IMG/VR virus record: IMGVR_UViG_3300020061_000004
Coordinates: 59,281-123,280 of that record
Length of the DNA: 64,000 bases
Reading direction: 5' to 3' (one strand)
DNA from: a virus
The translations under genes were made by a program, and so were the position numbers. The notes below the pieces were generated by a model. It ran no database searches and was not told where the DNA came from. It saw only the letters and a list, made by a program, of their open reading frames with translations. Positions within the stretch are counted from its first letter, which is position 1; each line of letters begins with the position of its first letter. Positions 48,646 through 59,088 of this stretch are shown here, in pieces.

Positions 48646-49658
48646 ATTTTACCAAAGTAGTAGGAGCCTACAATATAACAACTGATTTTCTTCTTTCGAA
48701 ATTATCGGAGGAACAGATATTCTTTTATTATTTTGGACGCTTTGAATTAGGTAGGTCCTATCCTTCTAAATTCAGGAAGGATGGAACGCCTAGCACTGGA
48801 TTTTATGTTAATCGTACAGGAAATATCATTCTAAATGATCTCCGTACTGGTGAAAAGCTTAATTGCTTTCGCTTTGTAGCAAAGCTTTATCAACTCAGCT
48901 ACACAGAAGCTCTTAATAAGATTGCTGCTGATTTTGGTTTATTAGCTAATACAGATGCTAAACCATTAGCACAATCAATTATCAATCAAGGAATAGAATT
49001 TGATAGGGAATTAAAGAAGAATACTCTTATTCAATTTGTTCCGGGACAATGGACTACTAATAGAAGAATGTATTGGAATCAGTATGGATTAGGAAATCTA
49101 AACTTCACCAAAGCAGATATATATCCAGTAGATAAGTTGTTTCTCAACAAGAATGAAATAAGAAATCTTGATGAATTATGTTTTGCATATGTAGTGAGAG
49201 AGAAAGTAGATGGAAAGGAACAAATATATGTAAAGATATATTCCCCCTACTCAGAGAATATGAAATGGCTTTCTAATATTCCCCTTACTGTTCCCTTTGG
49301 ATTAAACACATTGAATTACAACAGTGATCATGTAATAGTGACAAAGGCAAAGAAGGATATGGAAGTATTAAAGCTGTTATTTCCTTCGGTAATCGGCACT
49401 CAAAATGAGTCTACATCAGCTCTTACAGATAAAATGGTGAAACATCTTTGCCATAATTTCACCAGAAGAACCATTATCTGGGATGCTGATGAAACAGGTG
49501 TAGAAGCCTGTAAGAAGTTCAATACGAGAGGATTCGATTATTTTAATACACCAAAGGAACTCCTTGAAAGAGATATTAAGGATGTTTCTGATTTTGTAGC
49601 TGCATTTGGATTAAAAGCACTCGAAGACCTTCTTCGACAAAAGAGAATATTATGGTAA
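48636..49658 (+). CDS. DNA primase (TOPRIM)
   Basis: FRKDGTPS, VTKAKKD, WDADETG, KDVSD. Confidence 0.8.
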   Translation: MEIDFTKVVGAYNITTDFLLSKLSEEQIFFYYFGRFELGRSYPSKFRKDGTPSTGFYVNRTGNIILNDLRTGEKLNCFRFVAKLYQLSYTEALNKIAADFGLLANTDAKPLAQSIINQGIEFDRELKKNTLIQFVPGQWTTNRRMYWNQYGLGNLNFTKADIYPVDKLFLNKNEIRNLDELCFAYVVREKVDGKEQIYVKIYSPYSENMKWLSNIPLTVPFGLNTLNYNSDHVIVTKAKKDMEVLKLLFPSVIGTQNESTSALTDKMVKHLCHNFTRRTIIWDADETGVEACKKFNTRGFDYFNTPKELLERDIKDVSDFVAAFGLKALEDLLRQKRILW

Positions 49659-49846
49659 AGTATGCACGATTTAAGATTGAAAGGCTTGTATTAAACTTCA
49701 ATTCCTTACAGCAAGTATTAGATAATCCTCAGTATTATAAATATACTCTGGATGAAGCTAGAACTATGCGAAAAAATCTGGAATCCATAAGAAATGCTCT
49801 ACGGATACGAATATTAGAACTAAAAAGTTTAATTGGAGAAGCATGA
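49652..49846 (+). CDS. Hypothetical protein
   Basis: Coupled ORF. Confidence 0.5.
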   Translation: MVKYARFKIERLVLNFNSLQQVLDNPQYYKYTLDEARTMRKNLESIRNALRIRILELKSLIGEA

Positions 49847-50124
49847 GTATTTGGAAAGATAAACCAGACCTTATCACTTTAATTCACGACACTAACAATT
49901 CTCTTAGCTTATTAGGAGCACGTCTAAGACAATTAGATGCTTACAATAAAGAGAATGTAGCTAAAATGAGAGATGCTGGTATTAATGATACTAAATCATT
50001 TATCATAGCTGAAAGTTTTAGAGCTGAATTAAAAAGAATTGAAGGGGTAATTGACATTTATTACGAAAAGGAAAAAGCAAAATATGAGCAAGAAGTTAAA
50101 GCAGGAACTAATAACACCAAGTGA
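49843..50124 (+). CDS. Hypothetical protein
   Basis: Coupled ORF. Confidence 0.5.
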   Translation: MSIWKDKPDLITLIHDTNNSLSLLGARLRQLDAYNKENVAKMRDAGINDTKSFIIAESFRAELKRIEGVIDIYYEKEKAKYEQEVKAGTNNTK

Positions 50125-50241
50125 TTATCTGGTAGCATGGGCTAATGGTGAACTCACCTTTGAAGAAGCATTGAGTGATTATGCTGCTAAGGCATATGCA
50201 ACTGGATTATCTGAAGGTATTGCATCAGCACAGGAGGCATA

Positions 50242-50940
50242 ATGGCATTACAAGATCATTTTGAAGAAGGGTGGTGGCAAAAGCTATCACCCTTCCTCCT
50301 TTCTGATCAGTTCACAGTCATTGGACAAAGACTGATGAGAGAGAAATCAATGGGTATTGAAGTCACACCTAAGTTTGATGATATGTTCAGAGCCTTTAAG
50401 GAATGTCCTTATAAGGATTTGAAAGTAGTATTTATGGGTCTTGATCCCTATCCTTCTAAAGGAATAGCAGATGGTCTTTCATTCTCTTCTAAATATACTC
50501 CATATGATGAGCCAATATCTTTAAGATATATCTTTGACGCAATGGAGAAAGATGCTTATGGAGGCTTTGGAATAGGATTTAACCAAGAGTATAGAAATAC
50601 TGATTTAACTCGTTGGGCTAATCAGGGAGTTCTTCTCATAAATACTGCTCTAAGTACTCAAATAGGTAAGACAGGAACCCATTTGGAATTATGGCAACCG
50701 TTTATTCGCAATCTCATGATACAACTTGCATCATTCAATACAGGTATAATTTATGTGTTCTTTGGAGCAGTGGCTAAACAATGGTCTGTAGCCATACCAA
50801 AGGAACAGAATTATATCTATAGTGTTGTACATCCTGTATACAGTAACTATCAAAATCTAAAAGAATGGGATTGCGAAGATATTTTCTCTAAGATTAATAA
50901 AATCTTAGAGAGTAATAATAAAACAAAGATTTTATGGTAA
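50242..50940 (+). CDS. ung: Uracil-DNA glycosylase family 1
   Basis: KVVFMGLDPYP, ADGLSFS, WANQGVLLINTAL, HP. Confidence 0.9.
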   Translation: MALQDHFEEGWWQKLSPFLLSDQFTVIGQRLMREKSMGIEVTPKFDDMFRAFKECPYKDLKVVFMGLDPYPSKGIADGLSFSSKYTPYDEPISLRYIFDAMEKDAYGGFGIGFNQEYRNTDLTRWANQGVLLINTALSTQIGKTGTHLELWQPFIRNLMIQLASFNTGIIYVFFGAVAKQWSVAIPKEQNYIYSVVHPVYSNYQNLKEWDCEDIFSKINKILESNNKTKILW

Positions 50941-51164
50941 AGAGAATATTTCTCATTTTTCTACTATCTTATTTTCTGGAAGGATGTAACCAACCTGAAG
51001 AGATTAAGGTTCCTCATGGACACATCACTCAGGTAAGACTGATACAAGGAACTACTTATATAGAAGTAGAATTCCAAAGTGAATGTACCACTTGTTCTTC
51101 TTCTACTGAGTGGTTTGTAGGGAGTGATACTTGTAGAGTAGGGCAAAAAATATTAGTAAAATAA
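50934..51164 (+). CDS. Small lipoprotein
   Basis: Lipobox LEGC after a hydrophobic leader. Confidence 0.5.
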   Translation: MVKRIFLIFLLSYFLEGCNQPEEIKVPHGHITQVRLIQGTTYIEVEFQSECTTCSSSTEWFVGSDTCRVGQKILVK

Positions 51165-51171
51165 TATAAAT

Positions 51172-51414
51172 ATGAAGCAACTTGATTTTCCTACAGCTCA
51201 GGAAATAAGATCAATTAATCCTATTGCGGATATTGATCAATATCTTGGTAATCTTTCCTATGTAATGAAAAAAGCTAGGGCGGAAGGACAGGATAGAGTT
51301 ATATCACATCATGCTAACAATGCTGCTGAACGTGTAGCTCTTATACAATTTTTAAAAAGTAAAGGGTTTACTGTTTTAACAAGTGGTCATTACAGCATTG
51401 AAATTCAATGGTAA
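51172..51414 (+). CDS. Hypothetical protein
   Basis: 80-aa ORF. Confidence 0.55.
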   Translation: MKQLDFPTAQEIRSINPIADIDQYLGNLSYVMKKARAEGQDRVISHHANNAAERVALIQFLKSKGFTVLTSGHYSIEIQW

Positions 51415-51417
51415 TTT

Positions 51418-51642
51418 ATGACAAACTCATATGTAACACTAACAAAATATACTCCTACTCTCAATTCTAACTATAAAATGAGGAGTTTCTTTGAAACTAA
51501 TGTAGATGGAACGAAAGCTATGGAAATATTTCAATACTTGTTCAGTGAATCTGTCAAGAATTTTAAAGGAGGTTTTCCACAGTTTTCACATCTATCAGAT
51601 ACGGCTTTTGATGTACAGATCACTCTTCTAAAATCAGTGTAA
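51418..51642 (+). CDS. Hypothetical protein
   Basis: 74-aa ORF. Confidence 0.5.
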   Translation: MTNSYVTLTKYTPTLNSNYKMRSFFETNVDGTKAMEIFQYLFSESVKNFKGGFPQFSHLSDTAFDVQITLLKSV

Positions 51643-52469
51643 TGAGAAACTTAGCACACATGCCGATTGAAAAGCTAGAGGAAATACCAACTCATCTTAG
51701 TATGAAATGGAATCCTCATAGCGGATGGACATTGAAGCCTTACGATCGCTACTATAGAGATAATTGGGCATATCTTAGGCTTTACAACAAATTAGATAGG
51801 ATTGTCAAGGCAAGTATTGGAAAAAATTGGAATGATATTTATTCTAAGTTAACAGTGCTTACCAGAAATATATCCTACGGCTTCAAACTTGATCACTTCC
51901 TAAGTAATGAGGTAGAAATACCTCATTGGAGTACTAAGGATCAGAGATGGAAATTCATGGGTGGATATAATTCCTATGAAGTTGATCTTGAATATCATAT
52001 AGCCAATTTAAAGCGAACATATGGTAATAGTACAATTAACTTCTATTATGTTTGTCCAGTCAGTGGTGTGCTTCGTTTAGTGAAATCGAGAATCTGGCCA
52101 TATAAGAAGAGAGATCATGCAGAGTTCTGGAGGAGACATTATAAATTTGCCTCTGAAAGAAAGAAGAAAAAGAAAAAAGAGCATATTCCTGAAGCTATAT
52201 ACACAATGATTAATAATCGTGAATTATTCAAGTTTTATACTGAGATAAAGAGCAATTATACTAATCGTCTGAAAGTATTAGCTAAAGGCTTAAAACCTAT
52301 TCCAAAAGACTATTGGAGTAAGTGGAATGTGTATACTCACAATAGTAACTACAAAAAGTTTAGTGAAGATCAAGTAACGCTTCAGAGTATGAAAGATCAA
52401 ATAGAAGAACTCGAAAAAGGAAACTTTGACGGATTCTTTGAAAGTGCAGTGTATTTATATTCGAAATAA
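51642..52469 (+). CDS. Hypothetical basic protein
   Basis: 275 aa; IGKNWNDIYSKL and FYYVCPVSGVL. Confidence 0.6.
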   Translation: MRNLAHMPIEKLEEIPTHLSMKWNPHSGWTLKPYDRYYRDNWAYLRLYNKLDRIVKASIGKNWNDIYSKLTVLTRNISYGFKLDHFLSNEVEIPHWSTKDQRWKFMGGYNSYEVDLEYHIANLKRTYGNSTINFYYVCPVSGVLRLVKSRIWPYKKRDHAEFWRRHYKFASERKKKKKKEHIPEAIYTMINNRELFKFYTEIKSNYTNRLKVLAKGLKPIPKDYWSKWNVYTHNSNYKKFSEDQVTLQSMKDQIEELEKGNFDGFFESAVYLYSK

Positions 52470-52510
52470 AAAGAATGTCATCATTTCGAACAACCATAAT
52501 AAAAAATAAC

Positions 52511-52909
52511 ATGGAACAATCGCAAGACCCACAGGGTCCTTTATATGCAGTGTATGGTACATTGCGTCAGGGATTTGGCAACTATCAAAGGCTACTCAAC
52601 AATGAATTTTGCACCTATCTTGGTACAGAGCGCACAGAGCCTAATTTTCATATGGTAAGTCTTGGAGGTTTTCCCGGTGTAATTCCCGGTGGTAATCAGG
52701 CTATCACCATCGAAGTATTTCAGGTAAATTCTCCTAAAGTTGAGCAAGGTCTCGATTGGCTGGAAGGATATCCAAGCTTCTATGGTAAGATGGAAATTAA
52801 GACTAAATGGGGAATGGCTAATATGTATATCCTTGATGAGTCTTATTTGGGTCGTACAATTGTACCTAGTGGTGACTGGGCAGAACATATCGGCAGAAAA
52901 ATTCATTAA
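52511..52909 (+). CDS. Gamma-glutamylcyclotransferase (YtfP-like)
   Basis: AVYGTLRQG, GGFPGV, LDWLEGYP. Confidence 0.85.
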   Translation: MEQSQDPQGPLYAVYGTLRQGFGNYQRLLNNEFCTYLGTERTEPNFHMVSLGGFPGVIPGGNQAITIEVFQVNSPKVEQGLDWLEGYPSFYGKMEIKTKWGMANMYILDESYLGRTIVPSGDWAEHIGRKIH

Positions 52910-52924
52910 CAAAAAATACAAGAA

Positions 52925-53989
52925 ATGTTTCCTAAAGATTTTGTAAAGTCAATTCCGGGCTATCATGTAAATTCTCATATGGGTGTATCTTTCTCAACAA
53001 ATAAGTCTAAGATTCAGACTCTTAATGCAATTAAGAAGATGGGTATAGGAAACTTTTTGCAGGAAGATAACCCTATTAAGTATAATAGTTTTGAGTATAA
53101 CTATGGTAAAAATAAGACGAAGCTGTATAACGATGATCGTATCGTTGGCTCACCTATTCTTCATAGTATGACTCAATGTTGCTCATGGACTAAGGCATCT
53201 GATAGATGGTTCTTATTCCCATTTCCGGAAAGTAATTTCAAAGCCGTAGGTATTACTATTGATGATGCTTTGCATTATATCAAAAGTTTGAATGATCTCA
53301 ATGTAGGGTTTAAATATCTCTATCTTGGACTTCAGGAAGGCGGAGAAAGACTAAAACCAATTAGGGCAACTGGAGAATTTCATTGGTTTGCTGTTCCCAA
53401 GACAGCTAATAAGGATGGTAATCATCCTCCCTATCATATAATGTATTTACATTGGATATTCCTACGAATGCTTGTAAATACTCATTATAATGATGGTTTT
53501 CATATACAATCTCTTCCATATTTCAACTTTCCAAGGATATTTATGTATATGATGGAGGATTTGAAAGTGGCTCCTTGGAAGGCATTCTTATATACTCATG
53601 CCACTACCGCATGGTATAATTATTACAGTATGACTCATGCTCATGCTGATATTAATAATCCACTTCATAAATTTATGGTTCCTGATCTTGGAATAACTAA
53701 GAAGGATTTTAAAGCTGTATGGACTTCTGGAACTACAAACATGAATGATGCTTTCACCGCAGGAAGTAATGAGTTTTTCAAAACTAAAAAGTTGAATATT
53801 ACTCTTGAAGGTAAGCATGATGTTAATACCTGTATAAGTCTCTGGAGTGGAAAGCAATACCATGAGTTTGTACAGTATATGGACAGTGTTTACTCTTCTG
53901 AATCAAAAAAGAAAGCAGATAGTTCTAAAGCTAAACTAATTACACGTGGCAAAAAATCAGCAACCAAAAAATCAGCTAAAGCCAATTAA
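52925..53989 (+). CDS. Hypothetical protein inside the amidoligase cluster
   Basis: 354-aa ORF overlapping the next gene. Confidence 0.6.
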   Translation: MFPKDFVKSIPGYHVNSHMGVSFSTNKSKIQTLNAIKKMGIGNFLQEDNPIKYNSFEYNYGKNKTKLYNDDRIVGSPILHSMTQCCSWTKASDRWFLFPFPESNFKAVGITIDDALHYIKSLNDLNVGFKYLYLGLQEGGERLKPIRATGEFHWFAVPKTANKDGNHPPYHIMYLHWIFLRMLVNTHYNDGFHIQSLPYFNFPRIFMYMMEDLKVAPWKAFLYTHATTAWYNYYSMTHAHADINNPLHKFMVPDLGITKKDFKAVWTSGTTNMNDAFTAGSNEFFKTKKLNITLEGKHDVNTCISLWSGKQYHEFVQYMDSVYSSESKKKADSSKAKLITRGKKSATKKSAKAN

Positions 53990-54776
53990 TAACCCCACAA
54001 TTGGGGCTGATATTGAGCTTTTTCTTAAGAATTATGTTAATGATGAGATAGTATCAGCTGAAGGTATCATCAAAGGAACAAAGTTTGCTCCGTTCCAGTT
54101 TGATGAACACAATCAGTATTTCAGTACATCTCTGGATAATGTAATGGCAGAGTTCACTATTCCGCCTGCAAGAGAATCTCTTCAGTTTGCAAATAACATC
54201 AAGTATGCAATAGGATGGATTAATGGATTCATTCCTAAAGAGCTTCAGACTGTTACACTAGCAGCAGCAAGGGTAAATCCTAAATATCTGGAAACAGAGA
54301 ATGCTAAACTGTTTGGATGTGAACCTGACTATAATGCATGGTTGATGGGAGATATGAATCCTAAACCTGAATGTGATAGTAACCTGAGAAGTGCAGGTGG
54401 ACATATTCATATAGGATATGATAAACCTGATTATGATATATCTATGGCCCTAATAAGGGCTATGGATATATTTATCGGTTTACCGTCTGTAATTCAGGAG
54501 CCTGACAATGAGCGTAAACAGCTCTATGGAAAGGCAGGGGCATTTCGCCATAAACCATATGGTGTAGAATATCGAACAGTTTCAAATTATTATGTAGAAA
54601 GTGATTCCCTAATGGAATGGGCTTTCAATAATACTCTTGAAGCAATCGATTTTGTAAACAACAACTCTCCTCTTACAGGTGAACATGCAAAGTCCATCAT
54701 CACTGCTATTAATACAGCAGATAAAGAACTTGCCAGTACAATCTGTAAGTATTTTGGAGTAAAACTTGCAGCATAA
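53946..54776 (+). CDS. phiEco32-like COOH-NH2 ligase type 2
   Basis: TIGADIELF, DNVMAEF, FGCEPDYNAW, RSAGGHIHIGY, YGKAGAFRHKPYGVEYRT. Confidence 0.85.
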   Translation: MAKNQQPKNQLKPINNPTIGADIELFLKNYVNDEIVSAEGIIKGTKFAPFQFDEHNQYFSTSLDNVMAEFTIPPARESLQFANNIKYAIGWINGFIPKELQTVTLAAARVNPKYLETENAKLFGCEPDYNAWLMGDMNPKPECDSNLRSAGGHIHIGYDKPDYDISMALIRAMDIFIGLPSVIQEPDNERKQLYGKAGAFRHKPYGVEYRTVSNYYVESDSLMEWAFNNTLEAIDFVNNNSPLTGEHAKSIITAINTADKELASTICKYFGVKLAA

Positions 54777-54958
54777 TGAAATTGGTAACGTATATCGAAG
54801 TTTCTGAAAAGGAAGTATTACAAGCACTTGAGGAAAAGTACAACAGGGATAATAATACAAATCATCAGTTGGGTTGGTATGGTCTTAATTCGACATCCAA
54901 TATTACTGTTAGGGTTGTGAAACATAATAAAGAAGAGGAAACTCATTAAAAGTAGTAT

Positions 54959-55897
54959 ATGATAAAAATTCTTGTTGGAAAGGACGGTCGTCCCTCAATG
55001 AAGAAAGTATTTGTTCTAATGAATAGTGAAGCAAATTTAGTAGTAAGGCGTATTCCTCCTAAAACGAAGAAGCCTTATTTACGTGTATTCGATGTACCAA
55101 AATCTGAAACATTCAAAAAAGCACCAATCAATGAACTCACTTTGGCAGGTAGTAAGATTATCCGATGGGGTAATCGAATTGAAGCAGAAACAGATAAGAC
55201 TACGATTGTCTACAACAAATCCGAGGCTATTGCGAAAGCTACGAACAAAAAGCTTAGTCGGGAACTCTTCATTGCGGGAAAGGTCCGTACTCCACTCTTG
55301 GTGATACCTCAAACAGTAAAGAATGAACAATTCCCTATTATCGCACGACCAAGTACTCATGCCAAGGGTAAGAACTTCGTTATACTTAAAAATGGTGCAG
55401 AGTTCGGTACACATTTCACTGCGAATGAAAAGAGTGGTTGGTATTACTCTGAGTACATCAACAAAGAAAGAGAGTTTCGTGTACATTGTGCGCATGGTAA
55501 GATTCTGGCGGTTATGGAAAAGACAAGAGGTGGCGATAAAATCGCGTGGAATCGTGCCGTTACAGGTGAACCCTTTACAAGGCTCACTCAGGATGCTTAT
55601 CCTTTCTCCGTCTGCTTTCAAGCTCTTAAAGCTGTTCGAACACTTGGACTTGATTTTGCAGGCGTAGATGTGATGCTCCTGGGGAAGGAAGGTATTGTTC
55701 TTGAAGTAAATACGAGTCCAACCTTGAACTCTAGTGATCATGTAAGTAATCAGTATGCAATGTATTTTGATTGGCTTAATCGGTCTGAAAAGCGTCGTGA
55801 ACATTGGGATTTCACCAAGTTCAAGCAAGCAGAAAGTTTCTCTTGGAAGAATTTCCAATTGAATGAAACTCCTAATCCAAAAGTAACAGCTCAATAA
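54959..55897 (+). CDS. ATP-grasp ligase (RimK-like)
   Basis: IIRWGN, FPIIARP, REFRVH, GLDFAGVDV, LEVNTSP. Confidence 0.85.
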   Translation: MIKILVGKDGRPSMKKVFVLMNSEANLVVRRIPPKTKKPYLRVFDVPKSETFKKAPINELTLAGSKIIRWGNRIEAETDKTTIVYNKSEAIAKATNKKLSRELFIAGKVRTPLLVIPQTVKNEQFPIIARPSTHAKGKNFVILKNGAEFGTHFTANEKSGWYYSEYINKEREFRVHCAHGKILAVMEKTRGGDKIAWNRAVTGEPFTRLTQDAYPFSVCFQALKAVRTLGLDFAGVDVMLLGKEGIVLEVNTSPTLNSSDHVSNQYAMYFDWLNRSEKRREHWDFTKFKQAESFSWKNFQLNETPNPKVTAQ

Positions 55898-55964
55898 CTA
55901 AAACCAAACAATTATGTGCGGAAATTAATTTGTTTAACTCACATATTTTATATAGTTTTGCACT

Positions 55965-56531
55965 ATGAAAATATGTAAAAATTGCAAGGTTCCAAAACCA
56001 TTCTCTGATTTCTATAATGATAAAATGTATGCTGATAGTCATTATCCCTATTGTAAAATTTGTAAATCTCAGTATGATAAAAAGTATAGAGAACTAAACA
56101 AAACTAAGTATTCGAGTAAAGAATATAAAGAATATAATAGAGAAAGAATGAAAGTATATAGACATAATAACCCTGAGTTAATATTACTTAAAGGAGCAAG
56201 AAGTCGGGCTAAAAGGGACACTTTGCCCTTTAATATATCTATAGAAGATATTAATATACCAAAAACATGTCCTATATTAGGAATTCCTATTGTATTAAGT
56301 TCTGAAAGAATGGAAAAGAAATATCATAGTGGCTCTCCATCTATAGATAAGATAGTTCCTAAATTAGGATATGTAAAGGGTAATATACAAGTAATATCAA
56401 TGAGAGCAAATATAATGAAATCAAATGCAAGTTTAGATGAATTAGAGAGATTTTGCACGAATATTTTAAAATTAATTTCTAATGTTAGAAACAGTGATAA
56501 TTCAATTATGGATAGTGGGGCTATTAATTAG
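55965..56531 (+). CDS. HNH-type homing endonuclease
   Basis: CKNC..CKIC Zn finger; TCPILGI, PSIDKIVPKLGYVKGNIQVISMRANIMK; own promoter. Confidence 0.8.
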   Translation: MKICKNCKVPKPFSDFYNDKMYADSHYPYCKICKSQYDKKYRELNKTKYSSKEYKEYNRERMKVYRHNNPELILLKGARSRAKRDTLPFNISIEDINIPKTCPILGIPIVLSSERMEKKYHSGSPSIDKIVPKLGYVKGNIQVISMRANIMKSNASLDELERFCTNILKLISNVRNSDNSIMDSGAIN

Positions 56532-59088
56532 CTCTATCTTGAACTTTAGAAAGAAGCAAACAGTTTTATTCTGTGGTATTTTTGGGGCATCTCTTAATCC
56601 AAAACTAATGGATAAGGGAATGTCTAAGGCAGCTATCGCCAAGTTCAAGATGTTAGGAATGTATAATGTGGATAGAGGTAAGCATTCGTGTGGAGTATTT
56701 GTTGGGAATACTATCCAGAAAGGTATTGACAAAGAAAAGATATTTACTGATTTCATCGTAGAACAAAACTTCAACGATCCAATGGAATCTGGTAACTTTA
56801 CTATGATCGGTCATACCCGGATGGCAACCCAAGGAAACCATACAGCGGATAATGCTCATCCATTTATAGTTGATGATGATTTTATTCTTGCTCATAATGG
56901 TGTTATACGTAATGTATGGACACTCTGTAACAAATATGAGATTAACCATACTCATATTCATGTTGATAGTCTGGGCTTGGCAAATCTCATCAACAAGAAA
57001 GGATTTACTATTCTTAATGAGTATGAAGGGTTTGCAGCCCTTCTTATGACTAAGAAGAGTGAGCCTAATTCTATGTATGTCTATCGCGGTGTTTCTAAAA
57101 GAAGCTATGATGGAAAGTATGAAGAAGAAAGGCCATTATACTATCTGAAAACAGAAGAAGGTATTTATTTCTCCAGTCTTGAGAGTTCTTTGCTCGCTAT
57201 CTCTGATAGTAGCACTGATAAACTCTATCAATTAGAAGGAAATACTGTATTCAAAGTAACCAATGGTGTTTTCACTAAGGTTAAGACAGTAGTTAATCGT
57301 GATTCTGTAAATGTAGGTATCACCACTAATACACACGGGGGGAGTGCATCTGCTAACTACCCAAAACCGAATGGAGTGGGGGCAGCGAACAAGACTACTG
57401 GGACTTCTACTACACCAAGTATGGGCGCTATCCTGTCAGGGACTAATTCACATATTGGTGCTTCTCACTCCAATCCTGCTGCGATATTTCAAAAGGATCA
57501 AATTCCTGCTATCTGGTATGAAACTCTTCCATCAAGAATGAAGGCTTTTACCAAAGATAAGAAAGGAATTATCTTTAATCAAGGAAGATATTGGATTGTT
57601 GAAGATGACGCTCTGGAATTAGCACATGGTTCTTATTATATCAATAAGAAGGGTCATGTTAATCGCTATAAAGAGCGTACAAACCATAACTGGTATTTCT
57701 TCAAGGGTGTAATGATGAAAAGCTTTGTCGCTTATCAGGAAGCTCTGAAGGATGAAGGTCTTCGTAGTGATGAATGGAATCTGGCAATGCATCTTTCAAA
57801 ATATGCAGATTATCCAATCTGTAATAGTAAGGAAGATTGTACTACACGCTGTAAGGGAGCATCTGATTTTGTAAAATTCCGTTGGTATCAAAACCAGACA
57901 ATGTGTACTAATACAGGTTTTACACCAAGATTTAGTAACAGAAACTATGTTATTCATGATGGTCTTCTTCACAGTATCACCTCTCAAAAAGATTGTGGTA
58001 TTATAGAAAAGACTATTGACAATGAAGAACTAGCAAAAGCAAGGTCTCGATCAATGGATACTACTGTAGAAAAAGTAACTCCTCCAGCGGTTATAATGCC
58101 ACTACTTCCTATTCTTGCAGGACAACCTGTTGAGTCTGGAATAAGCAATGAACTTCCTTTTCCTGAACCTCCTGTAACAGTAGTGGATGGTGATAATACA
58201 AATTATGAGGTGGCTCATTTTTATCAACCATTTGAGACTGTTCTTCAGGCAAGAGAAACTCTCACTGATCTGGAAACTAATGCCTTACGGTATTATGTTG
58301 CTGATGTGATGATGGCAGAGATGAATGTACAACCTGTGTCTATTTTTGATGAGCAAGTGGATGTTCAACTGAATATCTTCTTGTCTGTGTGTGTGGAAAT
58401 GGGTACAAACATCATTGAAAATTGGGATGATAAGAACTATTCTGATATTCTCGAATATCTTGTAATAGCAGAAGATAATCCCGATGGTGGCCTTTATGAG
58501 ACTGTAACATCTCCCGTGAAAGATAATATTGAAGAAGCGGAAAAGAATGAGGTATGTGAATATGTTCCCAAACCTAATACTGCTCCCGAATTCTCAGCTA
58601 AAGAGACTTTAGAAGAACTTAATGCGCATGTTGAAGGAATTGAAGTAAAACTCAAGGAAATGCACATGCAAGTGGTAGCTAAAAATCTCAATAGTATTAT
58701 CACAAGGGGTGAAAACAAACTCTATGCTAAGGATGAAACAGCAACTGTTCCAACAGTAGTAGAGAAAGAGTTTACTACATCTACTTATAGTAAAGAAGAT
58801 GAGAGAGACTTTGCATTTCAGGATGCAGTAGATTATCTCAATGTAGTACGCTCTAATGCAGATGAGTTACAAGCTCATGAAGATGATGATCTTGCACAGC
58901 ATGCTGCAAGTATTCTATATAAGGCAGTTGATCCTGCCTTTGAAGAGTTAAAAGATTTAGCAACCAAGTATAGTGAACCCGATTTGTTACGTCATATAAA
59001 CAGAACTTATGGCAAAAGAACTAATAACAGTACGATACAAGGACAATCCGGAATTAAAGTACAAGACGGTGAAGACCGTATCCGGTAA
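56482..59088 (+). CDS. Class II (Ntn) glutamine amidotransferase with long C-terminal extension
   Basis: CGIFG at residue 31, RGKHSCG, GHTRMAT, NAHPF, AHNGVI, VDS. Confidence 0.85.
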   Translation: MLETVIIQLWIVGLLISSILNFRKKQTVLFCGIFGASLNPKLMDKGMSKAAIAKFKMLGMYNVDRGKHSCGVFVGNTIQKGIDKEKIFTDFIVEQNFNDPMESGNFTMIGHTRMATQGNHTADNAHPFIVDDDFILAHNGVIRNVWTLCNKYEINHTHIHVDSLGLANLINKKGFTILNEYEGFAALLMTKKSEPNSMYVYRGVSKRSYDGKYEEERPLYYLKTEEGIYFSSLESSLLAISDSSTDKLYQLEGNTVFKVTNGVFTKVKTVVNRDSVNVGITTNTHGGSASANYPKPNGVGAANKTTGTSTTPSMGAILSGTNSHIGASHSNPAAIFQKDQIPAIWYETLPSRMKAFTKDKKGIIFNQGRYWIVEDDALELAHGSYYINKKGHVNRYKERTNHNWYFFKGVMMKSFVAYQEALKDEGLRSDEWNLAMHLSKYADYPICNSKEDCTTRCKGASDFVKFRWYQNQTMCTNTGFTPRFSNRNYVIHDGLLHSITSQKDCGIIEKTIDNEELAKARSRSMDTTVEKVTPPAVIMPLLPILAGQPVESGISNELPFPEPPVTVVDGDNTNYEVAHFYQPFETVLQARETLTDLETNALRYYVADVMMAEMNVQPVSIFDEQVDVQLNIFLSVCVEMGTNIIENWDDKNYSDILEYLVIAEDNPDGGLYETVTSPVKDNIEEAEKNEVCEYVPKPNTAPEFSAKETLEELNAHVEGIEVKLKEMHMQVVAKNLNSIITRGENKLYAKDETATVPTVVEKEFTTSTYSKEDERDFAFQDAVDYLNVVRSNADELQAHEDDDLAQHAASILYKAVDPAFEELKDLATKYSEPDLLRHINRTYGKRTNNSTIQGQSGIKVQDGEDRIR

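Noticed and set aside
55079-55894. 271-aa minus-strand ORF, and similar antisense ORFs such as 5325-5888 and 59873-60490
   Set aside because: Antisense shadows of well-supported genes, with no motifs
55914-56572. Group I intron carrying the HNH gene
   Set aside because: Only about 40 nt flank the ORF on each side, no catalytic core is visible and the junctions do not fit the U/G splice rule
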